Assembly: GCA_963677895.2 (NCBI GenBank)
Contig: CAXXGJ010000018.1
Span: forward strand, 96,001-160,000
Direction: 5' to 3'
DNA length: 64,000 nucleotides
Source of the DNA: Treponemataceae bacterium
GTDB taxonomy: Bacteria; Spirochaetota; Spirochaetia; Treponematales; Rectinemataceae
The notes below the pieces were generated by a model, which was not told the DNA's origin, did not search any database, and saw nothing but the letters and a program-made list of their open reading frames with translations. The position numbers and the translations under genes were made by a program. Shown one piece after another: positions 9,829-19,396 of this stretch. Each line of letters starts with the position of its first letter. Positions within the stretch are counted from its first letter, which is position 1.

Positions 9829-9856
9829 GCTTTGATTGAAAGGATGTACAAAGACC

Positions 9857-10657
9857 ATGAGTGAATCGGCTGGAAAAGCGCTGGACATTCTCTTCTACCT
9901 CGCCAAGGTCGGCGGGGAAGTGAGTCTCGCACGCATGTCGAAAGAGACAGGGATGAACAAGGCCACGGCCCTGCGCTACCTCTCCGTCCTGGAATCCCGC
10001 GGCGTCGTTGAAAGACGGCCTGGCGGCTGGTCGCTCGGTCTATCCCTCTTTGAATTAGGCAGCAAGGTTCCCGTAAGGGCTCTCGTCGTTGAAAAAGTCC
10101 GTCCCATCATCGAACGCCTGGCCAGGGAATCGGGCGAATCGGTTAATCTCGCCTGTCTTGCGGGCGACAGCGCCATCTACCTGGACAGAGCGGAAGCGAA
10201 CCGCAGTCTCCGCATGCGTTCGGCTCCCGGAGATAGACTGCCGCTCTATTGTACCGGCGTGGGCAAGGCGATATTGTCCCAGCTTTCCGAGGATCGTATC
10301 CGCGCCCTTCTGGGATCCATGCCGCTTCCCAAGATCAACGATACGACCCTCACCGAACCCGAAGACGTGATACGGGAAGCGCAGAGAGCTCATGAGCAAG
10401 GCTATGGCGTGGACCGAGAGGAATATGAGATTGGCCTAACCTGCTACGCGATGCCCCTTCGCCTGCCCGGCTCGGATTTCGCCGGAGCCGTAAGCATTTC
10501 CGGCCCATCGGCACGCATGAGAAGCCCCGAATCCAGGGAGCACTTCCTGGAGCTGCTGAAAGCCGCGACCCAGGAAGCGCTTCAGGCGATAAGCCCCTAC
10601 AATCTCGTTCAGAATACGACAACTCTGCTGGAATCCTCCGCCTCTTCGGCTTCCTGA
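9857..10657 (+). CDS. IclR-family transcriptional regulator
   Basis: N-terminal HTH (KALDIL...SLARMSKETGMNKATALRYL), followed by GESVNLA, LPLYCTGVGKAIL, GYGVDREE and AVSISGP. ATG 9857 follows AAGGA. Confidence 0.92.
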   Translation: MSESAGKALDILFYLAKVGGEVSLARMSKETGMNKATALRYLSVLESRGVVERRPGGWSLGLSLFELGSKVPVRALVVEKVRPIIERLARESGESVNLACLAGDSAIYLDRAEANRSLRMRSAPGDRLPLYCTGVGKAILSQLSEDRIRALLGSMPLPKINDTTLTEPEDVIREAQRAHEQGYGVDREEYEIGLTCYAMPLRLPGSDFAGAVSISGPSARMRSPESREHFLELLKAATQEALQAISPYNLVQNTTTLLESSASSAS

Positions 10658-11025
10658 GCCTGGGGAGGCATCGCCCCATCGTTTTTGTTCTCCGGCTTTA
10701 TGGTTTTGAACTCCACGTGCTCGGCGACGATTTTTACCTTCGCGCGCTGCTTTCCCTCGGGATCCACCCAGCGATCCTGCTTCAGCCTGCCCACTACCCG
10801 CACGCCCCTGCCTTTCTTCAGATTCTGGGCGCAGGCCGTGCCGAGGCGGGACCAGGCTTCGATGTCGAAGTAGGACACTTCCTTTTCGAATCCCTCCTCG
10901 CCGTTTTTATAGAAGCGATTGGTGGCGAGCGTGAAATCGCAGACCTGGCTGCCTGAAGGAAGCGTCTTCGTGTTCGGATCCTTGACGAGATTGCCTTCAA
11001 CCAAAATGCTATTGAGTGAATTCAT
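10609..11025 (-). CDS. ssb: Single-stranded DNA-binding protein
   Basis: LNSILVEGNLVKDP, FTLATNR, YFDIEAW, KGRGVRVVGRLKQDRW and KIVAEHVEF. Strong AAGGAGG RBS. Confidence 0.93.
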   Translation of the reverse strand: MNSLNSILVEGNLVKDPNTKTLPSGSQVCDFTLATNRFYKNGEEGFEKEVSYFDIEAWSRLGTACAQNLKKGRGVRVVGRLKQDRWVDPEGKQRAKVKIVAEHVEFKTIKPENKNDGAMPPQAQEAEEAEDSSRVVVF

Positions 11026-11134
11026 GAACCCTCCTTATAATCCTTGGAGCAAGACCGCACCGCGGCTGCGGCTGAACCCCCTTGCATAAATGAGACGTCC
11101 AAGGCCGCCGTTTTCGATTCAAGAATTCGAGTAT

Positions 11135-11169
11135 TTGCAGTAATTCCCAATTCTGTTATAGTCAGGCAA
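11135..11169 (+). promoter_or_regulatory. Putative promoter of the pur cluster (extended -10, leaderless geometry)
   Basis: TTGCAG (11135-11140), 16 bp, TG-n-TATAGT (11157-11162), then 6 bp to the ATG. No Shine-Dalgarno sequence. Confidence 0.55.
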
Positions 11170-12566
11170 TGACAGACTATTCCGGATATCTTTCTCCCTT
11201 TTCCTGGCGTTACGGGACGGCCGAAATGCGTCGCCTCTGGAGCGAAGTGCACAAACGCGAGCTCTGGCGCGGCATCTGGGTAAGCCTGGCTGAGGTGGAA
11301 TCGGTCTACGGGCTGACAACAGCCGAGCAAGTGGCCGAACTGAAGACCCACGCGCGCGACATCGATATCGAGCGATCCCTCGCGATAGAGGCCGAAATAC
11401 GGCACGACCTCATGGCCGAAATCAAAGCCTTCGCCGAACAATGCCCCAAAGCCGGCGGAGTCATCCATCTCGGGGCGACGTCGATGGATATCGAGGATAA
11501 CGCGGATGCCCTGCGCATACGCGAGTCCCTGGTCCTCGTGCGCGCCAGGCTGGCCGAACTTCTGTCGATAATGGCCGAGACGATAAAGCGACACGCCAGA
11601 TTGCCGGTCATGGCTTTTACGCATCTCCAGCCGGCCGAGCCGACGACCTTCGGCTATCGCTGCGCCGTCTGGGCCCAGGACCTGCTCAGCGCCTATGCCG
11701 ACCTCACCGACCTGCAGGCATCCATCAGAGGCAAAGGCTTCAAGGGCGCCGTGGGCACTTCGGCTTCGTATGGCGAACTTGTGGGCAAAAAAAACCTCCC
11801 CGCCTTCGAAGCTTCGCTCGAGAAAGAGCTGGGTATAGCTTTCTATCCTGTGACGACTCAGACATGCAGCAGGCTCCAGGAATACAAGACGCTCTCCGTG
11901 CTCGCGGAGCTGGGAGCGGCCCTCCATAAGATGGCCTTCGATCTCAGGGTTCTGCAGTCTCCCCCCATCGGGGAAGTGTCCGAGCCTTTCGCGAAAAGCC
12001 AGGTAGGCTCGTCGGCCATGCCCTTCAAACGCAATCCCATCGATGCCGAAAAAATCGATTCCCTGTCGAGGCTTCTCTCCAGCTATCCCCAGGTGGCCTG
12101 GAGCAACGCGTCCCTTTCCCTCCTCGAAAGAACGTTGGACGATTCCGCGAACAGGCGGACGATCCTTCCCGAAGCCTTCCTCGTCAGCGACGAGCTGCTG
12201 AAGACGGCCAAGAAGATCATGGGCGGCTTCGTGCTCGACGAAAGCGCGATACGGCGGACCTTTGAGCGCTACGCTCCCTTCGCCTGCACCGAGCGGGTCC
12301 TCATGGCGATGGCGAAAACCGGGGCAGACCGACAGGAGACGCATGAGCGGCTGCGCCGCCATGCCCTCGCCGCGTGGGCCGAAATCAAGGAAGGGAAAGA
12401 AAATACCTTGACGGCGGCGATCTCCGCCGACGAATTTTTCAAGAGCCAGCTGAACGACGAAGAGCTATCTTCCCTGATGAATATCGATGACTATCTGGGC
12501 GACTCGATGGAAAGGGCCGAAAAATTTGCCGACACGATCAAAGAGAAGATAGCGGTACTTGACTAA
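11169..12566 (+). CDS. purB: Adenylosuccinate lyase
   Basis: RHDLMA, IHLGATS, FTHLQPAEPTT and the fumarase-superfamily signature GSSAMPFKRNP. Confidence 0.95.
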   Translation: MTDYSGYLSPFSWRYGTAEMRRLWSEVHKRELWRGIWVSLAEVESVYGLTTAEQVAELKTHARDIDIERSLAIEAEIRHDLMAEIKAFAEQCPKAGGVIHLGATSMDIEDNADALRIRESLVLVRARLAELLSIMAETIKRHARLPVMAFTHLQPAEPTTFGYRCAVWAQDLLSAYADLTDLQASIRGKGFKGAVGTSASYGELVGKKNLPAFEASLEKELGIAFYPVTTQTCSRLQEYKTLSVLAELGAALHKMAFDLRVLQSPPIGEVSEPFAKSQVGSSAMPFKRNPIDAEKIDSLSRLLSSYPQVAWSNASLSLLERTLDDSANRRTILPEAFLVSDELLKTAKKIMGGFVLDESAIRRTFERYAPFACTERVLMAMAKTGADRQETHERLRRHALAAWAEIKEGKENTLTAAISADEFFKSQLNDEELSSLMNIDDYLGDSMERAEKFADTIKEKIAVLD

Positions 12567-12593
12567 ATTTTACCCTCGATGGTATTAATTTCT

Positions 12594-15500
12594 ATGGGTA
12601 ATCAATTTCCAGTTTATCGCTTTACGATACGAGAATTGCATCCGGGGGCTCGATCCTCGGCTGTAATCGTGCGCGGTGCGCAGCGGTTGGGCCTTCAAAA
12701 GGTCAGCGCCGTACTGCGCTCGGAAATTTACTTTGTGCGTGGGAAAATAGCGCCCGAGGAGCTCGATCTCCTCGGGCGTTTTCTTTTTTCGGACCCCGTT
12801 ACCCAGGATTTTCATGTGGAAACCTGCCCGGTTTCCAAAGGCGGCGCAAAAAACGCGATCGAGGTCGCCTACCATCCTGGCGTGACCGATCCCGTAGCCG
12901 ACGAGATCCTGCGTTCGGCGCGCGAATTGGGCATTTCGGGCATCGACGCCGCGTCCACGGGGCAGCGTTTCGAGATCGCCTGTACTGACGGCGGCGCGCT
13001 GAATGAGGCGGAGCTGGGGCTTCTGGCATCGAAACTCCTCGCCAATCCTGTCGTGCAGCGCTACGCCATAGGCTTCGTGGAACCATCCTTCCCCGGTTTG
13101 GACGAAACGAGAATCGCCGTCGAGAAGATCCCCGTTCATAGGCTCGACGACGATGGGCTCGCGGCGCTCAATGAGGAACGAAGGGCCGCTCTCGATTTCG
13201 GGGAACTCGCGGCCATCCGCGATTACTTCGCCGCCGAGGGAAGAGCCTGCACCGATGTCGAATTCGAGATGCTCGCCCAGACATGGAGCGAACACTGCTT
13301 CCATAAAACCTTCAAGGCTGTCATCGACGTCGAAAACGGCGAAAAGGCCGGCCTTCCCGAACGCGTGGACAACATACTTCGTTCCTATATAAAGGCCGCA
13401 ACCGATGAGATCGCCGCTCCCTGGATCGTTTCCGCGTTCAAGGACAACGCGGGCATCATGGAATTCGACGATGAGTACGATATCTCCTTCAAGGTCGAAA
13501 CGCATAACCATCCCTCCGCCATTGAACCCTTCGGCGGCGCGAACACGGGCGTCGGCGGCGTCATCCGCGACGTTGTGGCGGTATCGGCCAGGCCCATCGC
13601 GGTCACGGACATACTTTGTTTCGGAATGCCCGACCTGGGTAAAGGGAAGGGCAGGGGCGGACCTGTCGCGGGCGGCCAGGTCGCGGGCGGCCTTTCGGTC
13701 GACCATATCCGGACCGGGGTCGTGGCCGGCGTCCAGGACTACGGCAATAAAATGGGCATCCCGACGGTGAACGGCGGAATCCATTATCACGCGAAATACG
13801 CCGCCAATCCCCTCGTCTACTGCGGCTGCGCCGGTATAGCGCCCAAAGGCGCCTTCTTCTCCAAACCCCGCGTGGGCGACCGGATAGTGTCGCTCGGCGG
13901 CAGGACGGGACGCGACGGCATCCGCGGCGCCACCTTCTCATCGATGACGATGGACGGCGCTACGCTCGACACGGCGGGATCCTCGGTGCAAATAGGCGCG
14001 CCGATCGTCGAGAAAAAAGTCACCGAAATCATACTGGCCGCGCGCGACGCCGGACTCTATACGGGCATCACCGATTGCGGCGCCGGCGGGCTCTCCTCGG
14101 CCGTCGGCGAGATGGCCTCGGAATTGGGCGGCGACATAGAATTATCGGAAGTCCGCCTCAAGTATTCGGGCCTGGCCCCCTGGGAAATCTGGCTCTCCGA
14201 AGCGCAGGAAAGGATGGTGATCGCCGTTCCCCCGGAAAACATGAAGGCGCTCGCCGCCTTATGCGACAACAACGATGTCGAATACTGCGACCTGGGACAT
14301 TTCACCGGGGACGGGCGGCTTGTCGTGCATTACCGAGGCGAACCGATCCTCGACCTGGACTGCGAATTCCTGCACGGCGGCATGCCGCGAAGGCGACTGA
14401 CCGCGTCGGCTCCGAAAGCAACGGCGCCAAAAGCCCCCGCGCCAACGGGAAATTCCTCCTCCACGCCTCCGCTCGAAACGCTCTACGCGGAGGTGATGGC
14501 CCACCATGCCATAGCCTCCAAGGAATGGGCGATCAGGCGTTACGACCATGAGGTACAGGGAGGGACGAAAATCGGCCCCTTCGCGGGAATGATGCAGTCC
14601 GGCCCCGCCGACGCCGCCGTCATCAAGCCCCTTGAGACGAAAGGAAGAAAAGGCATCGCGATATCCAACGGCTTCAATCCGCGCTACGGGGAGGCCGATT
14701 CGTACAACGCGGCCGCTTCCGCCATCGATGAGGCGGTGAGAAACGCCGTGGCGTCAGGCGCCGATCCCGACAGGATCGCCATCGTGGATAATTTCTGCTG
14801 GGGCGATCCGCGGAAGCCGGAGAACGTCTGGACCCTCCTTCGAGCCGCCAAGGCCTGCCGCGATGTCTCGGTCGCGCACAGGGCGCCCTTCTTCTGCGGC
14901 AAGGACTCCTTCAACAATGAATTCGAAGGACCCGATGGATCGCGCATCGCCATCCCGCCCTCGCTCCTCATTTCCGCGATGGGAATCGTGCCGGACATCG
15001 CGCGCTCGCCCACCACCGACCTGAAATCCGGATCCGGAATCCTGTATCTGGTCGGCGAATTTTCGCCGGTATTCCCGGCCTCCGTGCTTCAGGACATTCT
15101 GTCCGGGCAGGAGGGGCAAGAAGAAGCCCTATCGGGCGAGATGAACTACGGCGGTTCAGGCCCCGCTTTTTCCGCCATATCCCCCAATGTCTACAGGAAA
15201 CTTCATTCGGCGATCCTGAAATCCCAGGTGCTTTCCTGCCACGATCTCTCCGAAGGCGGATTGGGCGCGGCGCTCGCGGAAATGTGCATGGGCGGCGGGC
15301 TGGGGGCCGATATCGACCTGAAGATCGTCGAGAAAGCGGCCTTCGCCCTGGCGGCAAGCGGCGAACCGAGGAACTGGCCTCATCCCGCGACGGGAAAGGA
15401 CGAACTCCTTCTCTTCGGGGAAACGAACGGCTGCTTTCTCGCGGAAATAGCTCCGGAGAAAACGACGGCTTTCGAGGCGTCGATGGCCGGTCTTCCCTGC

Positions 15501-15674
15501 CGAAAAATCGGCCGCGTTTCCCGCGAATCCCGGATCTCGATAGCCTTGCTCGGCGGGAACGCGCTATCGGTGGACATCTCCCGGCTCGAAAAAGCCTTCG
15601 CGAGCGAGACATCGGCCGCTCTGGGAGATCAGCCGGGCGACGATGCCGAAATCGATATCGGAGGCGGAAAATGA
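12594..15674 (+). CDS. purL: FGAM synthase synthetase subunit with a PurS-like N-terminal extension
   Basis: QTWSEHC, FKVETHNHPSAIEPFGGANTGVGG, GGRTGRDG, DCGAGGLSS, SEAQERM, DNFCWG and HDLSEGG. The ~170-aa N-terminus contains PGVTDPVA...LLANPV (PurS-like). The start could be 12579. Confidence 0.93.
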   Translation: MGNQFPVYRFTIRELHPGARSSAVIVRGAQRLGLQKVSAVLRSEIYFVRGKIAPEELDLLGRFLFSDPVTQDFHVETCPVSKGGAKNAIEVAYHPGVTDPVADEILRSARELGISGIDAASTGQRFEIACTDGGALNEAELGLLASKLLANPVVQRYAIGFVEPSFPGLDETRIAVEKIPVHRLDDDGLAALNEERRAALDFGELAAIRDYFAAEGRACTDVEFEMLAQTWSEHCFHKTFKAVIDVENGEKAGLPERVDNILRSYIKAATDEIAAPWIVSAFKDNAGIMEFDDEYDISFKVETHNHPSAIEPFGGANTGVGGVIRDVVAVSARPIAVTDILCFGMPDLGKGKGRGGPVAGGQVAGGLSVDHIRTGVVAGVQDYGNKMGIPTVNGGIHYHAKYAANPLVYCGCAGIAPKGAFFSKPRVGDRIVSLGGRTGRDGIRGATFSSMTMDGATLDTAGSSVQIGAPIVEKKVTEIILAARDAGLYTGITDCGAGGLSSAVGEMASELGGDIELSEVRLKYSGLAPWEIWLSEAQERMVIAVPPENMKALAALCDNNDVEYCDLGHFTGDGRLVVHYRGEPILDLDCEFLHGGMPRRRLTASAPKATAPKAPAPTGNSSSTPPLETLYAEVMAHHAIASKEWAIRRYDHEVQGGTKIGPFAGMMQSGPADAAVIKPLETKGRKGIAISNGFNPRYGEADSYNAAASAIDEAVRNAVASGADPDRIAIVDNFCWGDPRKPENVWTLLRAAKACRDVSVAHRAPFFCGKDSFNNEFEGPDGSRIAIPPSLLISAMGIVPDIARSPTTDLKSGSGILYLVGEFSPVFPASVLQDILSGQEGQEEALSGEMNYGGSGPAFSAISPNVYRKLHSAILKSQVLSCHDLSEGGLGAALAEMCMGGGLGADIDLKIVEKAAFALAASGEPRNWPHPATGKDELLLFGETNGCFLAEIAPEKTTAFEASMAGLPCRKIGRVSRESRISIALLGGNALSVDISRLEKAFASETSAALGDQPGDDAEIDIGGGK
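13665..13692 (+). repeat. In-frame 15-bp tandem duplication inside purL (VAGG-Q-VAGG)
   Basis: GTCGCGGGCGGCCAG followed directly by GTCGCGGGCGGCC, within a Gly-rich loop. Confidence 0.7.
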
Positions 15675-16462
15675 AACCCAAGGCAATAGTCCTTCATGCC
15701 GCCGGGATCAATAGGGATACGGACGCGGTCTACGCGCTGGAGATGGCCGGCGCCGAAGTCAGGATTGTCCATGTCAACGAACTCAAATCCGACAGGAGCA
15801 TTCTCGCCGAAAGCCGGATTCTCGTGATCCCGGGCGGATTTTCCTATGCCGACGCTCTCGGCGCCGGCCGGCTTTTCGCCCTGGACATAGCCTCCTTTTT
15901 CAGGGACGAGGTGAGTGAATTCGTAGGAAAGGGCAAAGCGGTGATAGGCATCTGCAACGGCTTCCAGACCCTCGTCAAGGCCGGAATACTGCCCGACTTC
16001 GAGGTTGTTCCTTCCGACGGGGAAGAGCGTTATGCGACGCTGACCGACAACCTCAATCGCCGGTTCGAATGCAGATGGGTAACGATGAAAGCCGAGGAAA
16101 GTCCCTGCATCTGGACCAAGGATCTGACGGCGCCGGTCGTATGCCCCATCGCCCACGGAGAGGGAAGGTTTCTCGTCAAAGATAAAGTCCATCTCGAGGC
16201 TTTGCTGGCGAAAAAACTCGTCGCGTTCTCCTACGCTCTCCCGGACGGTTCGCCCGCCGCCGGCAGATACCCAGACAATCCCAACGGCTCCGTGGCCGAC
16301 ATCGCCGGCATCTGCAATCCCGAAGGAAACGTCCTGGGTCTCATGCCGCATCCCGAGGACAATATTTTTTCCGGTCCGGGGGCGAGGGCTTACCGCGGAG
16401 GAAAGGCCGGCGGCGGCCTCGACCTTTTTATCAACGGCGTGCGTTATGCGAAACAGTTATGA
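15671..16462 (+). CDS. purQ: FGAM synthase glutaminase subunit
   Basis: PGGFSYAD, GICNGFQ, AHGEG, NPNGS and GLMPHPE. ATGA overlap with the purL stop. Confidence 0.95.
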   Translation: MKPKAIVLHAAGINRDTDAVYALEMAGAEVRIVHVNELKSDRSILAESRILVIPGGFSYADALGAGRLFALDIASFFRDEVSEFVGKGKAVIGICNGFQTLVKAGILPDFEVVPSDGEERYATLTDNLNRRFECRWVTMKAEESPCIWTKDLTAPVVCPIAHGEGRFLVKDKVHLEALLAKKLVAFSYALPDGSPAAGRYPDNPNGSVADIAGICNPEGNVLGLMPHPEDNIFSGPGARAYRGGKAGGGLDLFINGVRYAKQL

Positions 16463-16472
16463 GGAGCGATAT

Positions 16473-17447
16473 ATGATGGAACGCGACAGAATCCAGGCGA
16501 TGCTCCCCAAGGCTTTCATGGGCCTGGGCGAAGGGAAGAGAGAGAAGCATTCGGGAAAGGTGAGGGACTGGTACGTGCTGGACGATTCCAGCCGCCTCAT
16601 GGTGACGACGGATAGGCTTTCAGCCTTCGACCGGATCGTCGCGGCGGTGCCCTGGAAGGGCCAGGTCCTCAACGAGCTTTCGGCCTGGTGGAACGAAAAG
16701 ACGGCCGATATAGCCCCCAATCACCTCCTCTCTGTTCCCGATCCCAACGTTTCCATAGTCCGCGAAGCTTCCCCGCTCTCGGTCGAAGTGATCGTGCGCG
16801 GCTATATAACCGGCGTCACCTCCACGGCACTCTGGCGCCGCTATTCCGAGGGCGAGCGGAACATCTACGGATACGGTTTTCCCGAAGGCCTGCGAAAGAA
16901 CCAGCGTCTCCCTTCGCCGATAATAACGCCCACGACAAAAGCCGAGGCGGGGCAGCACGATGAGCGACTTACCATCAAAGAAGTGGTAGAAAAAGGCTTC
17001 GTCAACGCGAAAACCTGGGATCGCGTGATGGAAATCGCCCTCGCTCTCTTCGCCAGGGGAACGGAGGTCGCCGAAAAAGCGGGACTCATCCTCGTCGACA
17101 CGAAGTATGAATTCGGTCTCGACGCCGACGGAAAAGTGATCCTCATCGATGAAATCCATACGCCTGATTCCTCGCGCTACTGGCGCCTAGGCAGCTACGC
17201 GGCGCGCTTGGCCGAAGGCCGCGAGCCGGAAATTTTCGACAAGGAATTCGTGCGGATGCACTACGCGGAAACGGGGTACAGGGGCGACGGGGAAATTCCC
17301 AACCTGCCCGACGGCGTTTGGGCCGACACCGGCATTCTGTACCAGACGGCCTACGAGCTTCTGACCAGCCGGATCTTCGTCCCTGGCTCATATCCCGTGG
17401 AACCCAGGCTTCTGGCGAATCTCGAAAAAGCGGGGATAAATCTATGA
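16473..17447 (+). CDS. purC: SAICAR synthetase, long type
   Basis: GKVRD, TDRLSAFD, KGQVLN, TPTTKA, LVDTKYEFG, DEIHTPDSSRYW and DKEFVR. GAGGAG RBS before ATG 16473. Confidence 0.95.
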   Translation: MMERDRIQAMLPKAFMGLGEGKREKHSGKVRDWYVLDDSSRLMVTTDRLSAFDRIVAAVPWKGQVLNELSAWWNEKTADIAPNHLLSVPDPNVSIVREASPLSVEVIVRGYITGVTSTALWRRYSEGERNIYGYGFPEGLRKNQRLPSPIITPTTKAEAGQHDERLTIKEVVEKGFVNAKTWDRVMEIALALFARGTEVAEKAGLILVDTKYEFGLDADGKVILIDEIHTPDSSRYWRLGSYAARLAEGREPEIFDKEFVRMHYAETGYRGDGEIPNLPDGVWADTGILYQTAYELLTSRIFVPGSYPVEPRLLANLEKAGINL

Positions 17448-17953
17448 AGAAAAATCTCGCCGTCATTCTGATGGGCGCCAAATCGGACTACAGCCATGCG
17501 GAGCGCATAATAGAATGGTTGGATTATTTCGGCATCGAGCACGTGACGAGAATAGCCTCGGCCCACAAGACGCCCGAAAAATTGTTGAATATTCTCGAGG
17601 CGCAGGAGAAACAGAGCGACAATGTCGCCTATATCACGATTGCCGGATTATCCAACGCGCTTTCGGGGATGGTCGATTTCGCGACCGCGTTTCCCGTCAT
17701 AGCCTGTCCTCCTCCCTGCGACGCGTTCGGCGGAGCCGACGTTTTCTCTTCCCTGCGCATGCCTCCCGGCGTCGCGGCGGCTACGGTTCTGGAACCGCGC
17801 AACGCGGCTTTTTTCGTGGCTAAGCTTTTTGCCGCCGGCGATGAAGCCATAAAGGCCAAGATATACGCGTATCATGCCGAACAGCGCGAAAAGATCGATC
17901 GCGACGAACTCTCTTTGAACGAAGATTCGGAAAGGCAAGGCGCGGCACGATGA
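17444..17953 (+). CDS. purE: AIR carboxylase PurE with class II signatures
   Basis: ILMGAKSD, RIASAHKTP, IAGLSNALSG, PVIACPP and SSLRMPPGV. ATGA overlap with purC. Confidence 0.9.
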   Translation: MKKNLAVILMGAKSDYSHAERIIEWLDYFGIEHVTRIASAHKTPEKLLNILEAQEKQSDNVAYITIAGLSNALSGMVDFATAFPVIACPPPCDAFGGADVFSSLRMPPGVAAATVLEPRNAAFFVAKLFAAGDEAIKAKIYAYHAEQREKIDRDELSLNEDSERQGAAR

Positions 17954-19377
17954 TGGAAGAAAACTGGCTGATGGAGGACAATCCGCATGAAGAATGCGGC
18001 GTCATGGCCATTTACGCGCCGGGAAAGGACGCGTCGAGGCTCGCGTATTACGGGCTTTTCGCGCTCCAGCACAGAGGCCAGGAATCGGCCGGCATCGCCG
18101 CCTTCGACGGGAATGTCATCAACTCGAAGAAGAATCTGGGCTTGGTTTCCCAGGTGTTTTCCGAAGCCGATATCGAAAGCCTCGCGGGCAGCCTGGCCAT
18201 CGGCCATAACCGCTATTCCACGACGGGTTCCTCGAACGTGCGCAACGCGCAGCCCTTCATCATAGATTCCCGCCACGGACCCATAGCTCTCGCGCACAAC
18301 GGCAATATCGTCAACGCGAGCGAGATCCGTAAAAGGCTTTTGGACAAGGGCATCGGACTCACCTCGGCGAGCGACACCGAGCTGATGATCATGGATCTCG
18401 CGGGATCGGACAAGAAAGACTGGGCTTCGCGCATTCGATCCACCATGGCTTCCTGGGTGGGCGCCTTCTCATTCGTGGCCCTCACGCCGGACGGCGTTTT
18501 CGCCGCGAGGGATCCCTGGGGCTTAAGACCTCTCGCCTATGGGTTCACGGCGGAGAAAGCCTTCGTCGTCGCGTCCGAAACCTGCGCCCTCTCGACGCTG
18601 GGCTGCCATGAAATCCACGAAATAGAAGCGGGACAGATCGTTTCCTGCGACGCAAGCGGAGCGGTGAAAATTTGCGACGCGCCGCGGAAGACGAAAAAGA
18701 AACGTCAGGCATCCTGCGTCTTCGAATTCATCTATTTTTCCCGGCCGGACAGCGTATGGAACGGCCTTTCCGTCCATGAAGTGCGCAGGCGCTTCGGGGA
18801 GGAACTGGCCAGATCTTCACCCGTCGATGCCGATCTCGTAATCCCCGTGCCCGATTCTTCCATTTCCGCCGCGATAGGCTATTCGGGAGCCTCCGGCGTC
18901 CCCTACGGCGAGGCCTTCGTAAAGAACCGCTATATAGGCAGGACCTTCATCGAACCTACAACCTTCCTTCGCAAGCGGGGCGTCTCCCTTAAGTTCAACG
19001 TTCTCCACGATTCCGTGAAAGGCAAAAGGATCGTCGTCATTGACGATTCCATTGTGAGGGGCAATACGATACGGCCTCTCGTCGCTCTCCTGAAGAATGC
19101 CGGGGCGAAGGAAGTCCATGTGCGGGTCGCGAGCCCCCCGGTGAAATATTCCTGCATGATGGGCGTCGACATGGGCCAGCGCCGCGAGCTCATCGCGAAT
19201 ATTCTCCCCATCGCCGAAATGGCCAAGTGGAGCGGCGCCGATTCGCTCTCATACCTGTCGCTCGAATCGGTGGGCAAAGCCATCGGCGATATCGACGACT
19301 ATTGTACCGCATGTTTTTCCGGGATCTATCCCTTCGACGTGGGGACCTCCGAATCCAAAGAGAGGTTCGAATTCTGA
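17950..19377 (+). CDS. purF: Amidophosphoribosyltransferase, propeptide and Fe-S type
   Basis: EE/CGV Ntn cysteine after a short propeptide. LQHRGQESAG, GHNRYSTTG, HNGN, VIDDSIVRG, and Fe-S ligands SCVFE, YSCMMG, YCTACF. Confidence 0.96.
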   Translation: MMEENWLMEDNPHEECGVMAIYAPGKDASRLAYYGLFALQHRGQESAGIAAFDGNVINSKKNLGLVSQVFSEADIESLAGSLAIGHNRYSTTGSSNVRNAQPFIIDSRHGPIALAHNGNIVNASEIRKRLLDKGIGLTSASDTELMIMDLAGSDKKDWASRIRSTMASWVGAFSFVALTPDGVFAARDPWGLRPLAYGFTAEKAFVVASETCALSTLGCHEIHEIEAGQIVSCDASGAVKICDAPRKTKKKRQASCVFEFIYFSRPDSVWNGLSVHEVRRRFGEELARSSPVDADLVIPVPDSSISAAIGYSGASGVPYGEAFVKNRYIGRTFIEPTTFLRKRGVSLKFNVLHDSVKGKRIVVIDDSIVRGNTIRPLVALLKNAGAKEVHVRVASPPVKYSCMMGVDMGQRRELIANILPIAEMAKWSGADSLSYLSLESVGKAIGDIDDYCTACFSGIYPFDVGTSESKERFEF

Positions 19378-19396
19378 TGCCAGGAGTGAAGACCGC

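Noticed and set aside
11026..11168. Purine, ZTP or PRPP riboswitch ahead of the pur cluster
   Set aside because: No recognisable aptamer consensus or terminator on the plus strand, and the purB promoter appears to abut the start codon.
15284..15670. Long Arg-rich N-terminal extension of PurQ, or a PurL-PurQ frameshift fusion
   Set aside because: It is an off-frame overlap with purL. purQ has its own ATG overlapping the purL stop, and no slippery site is evident.
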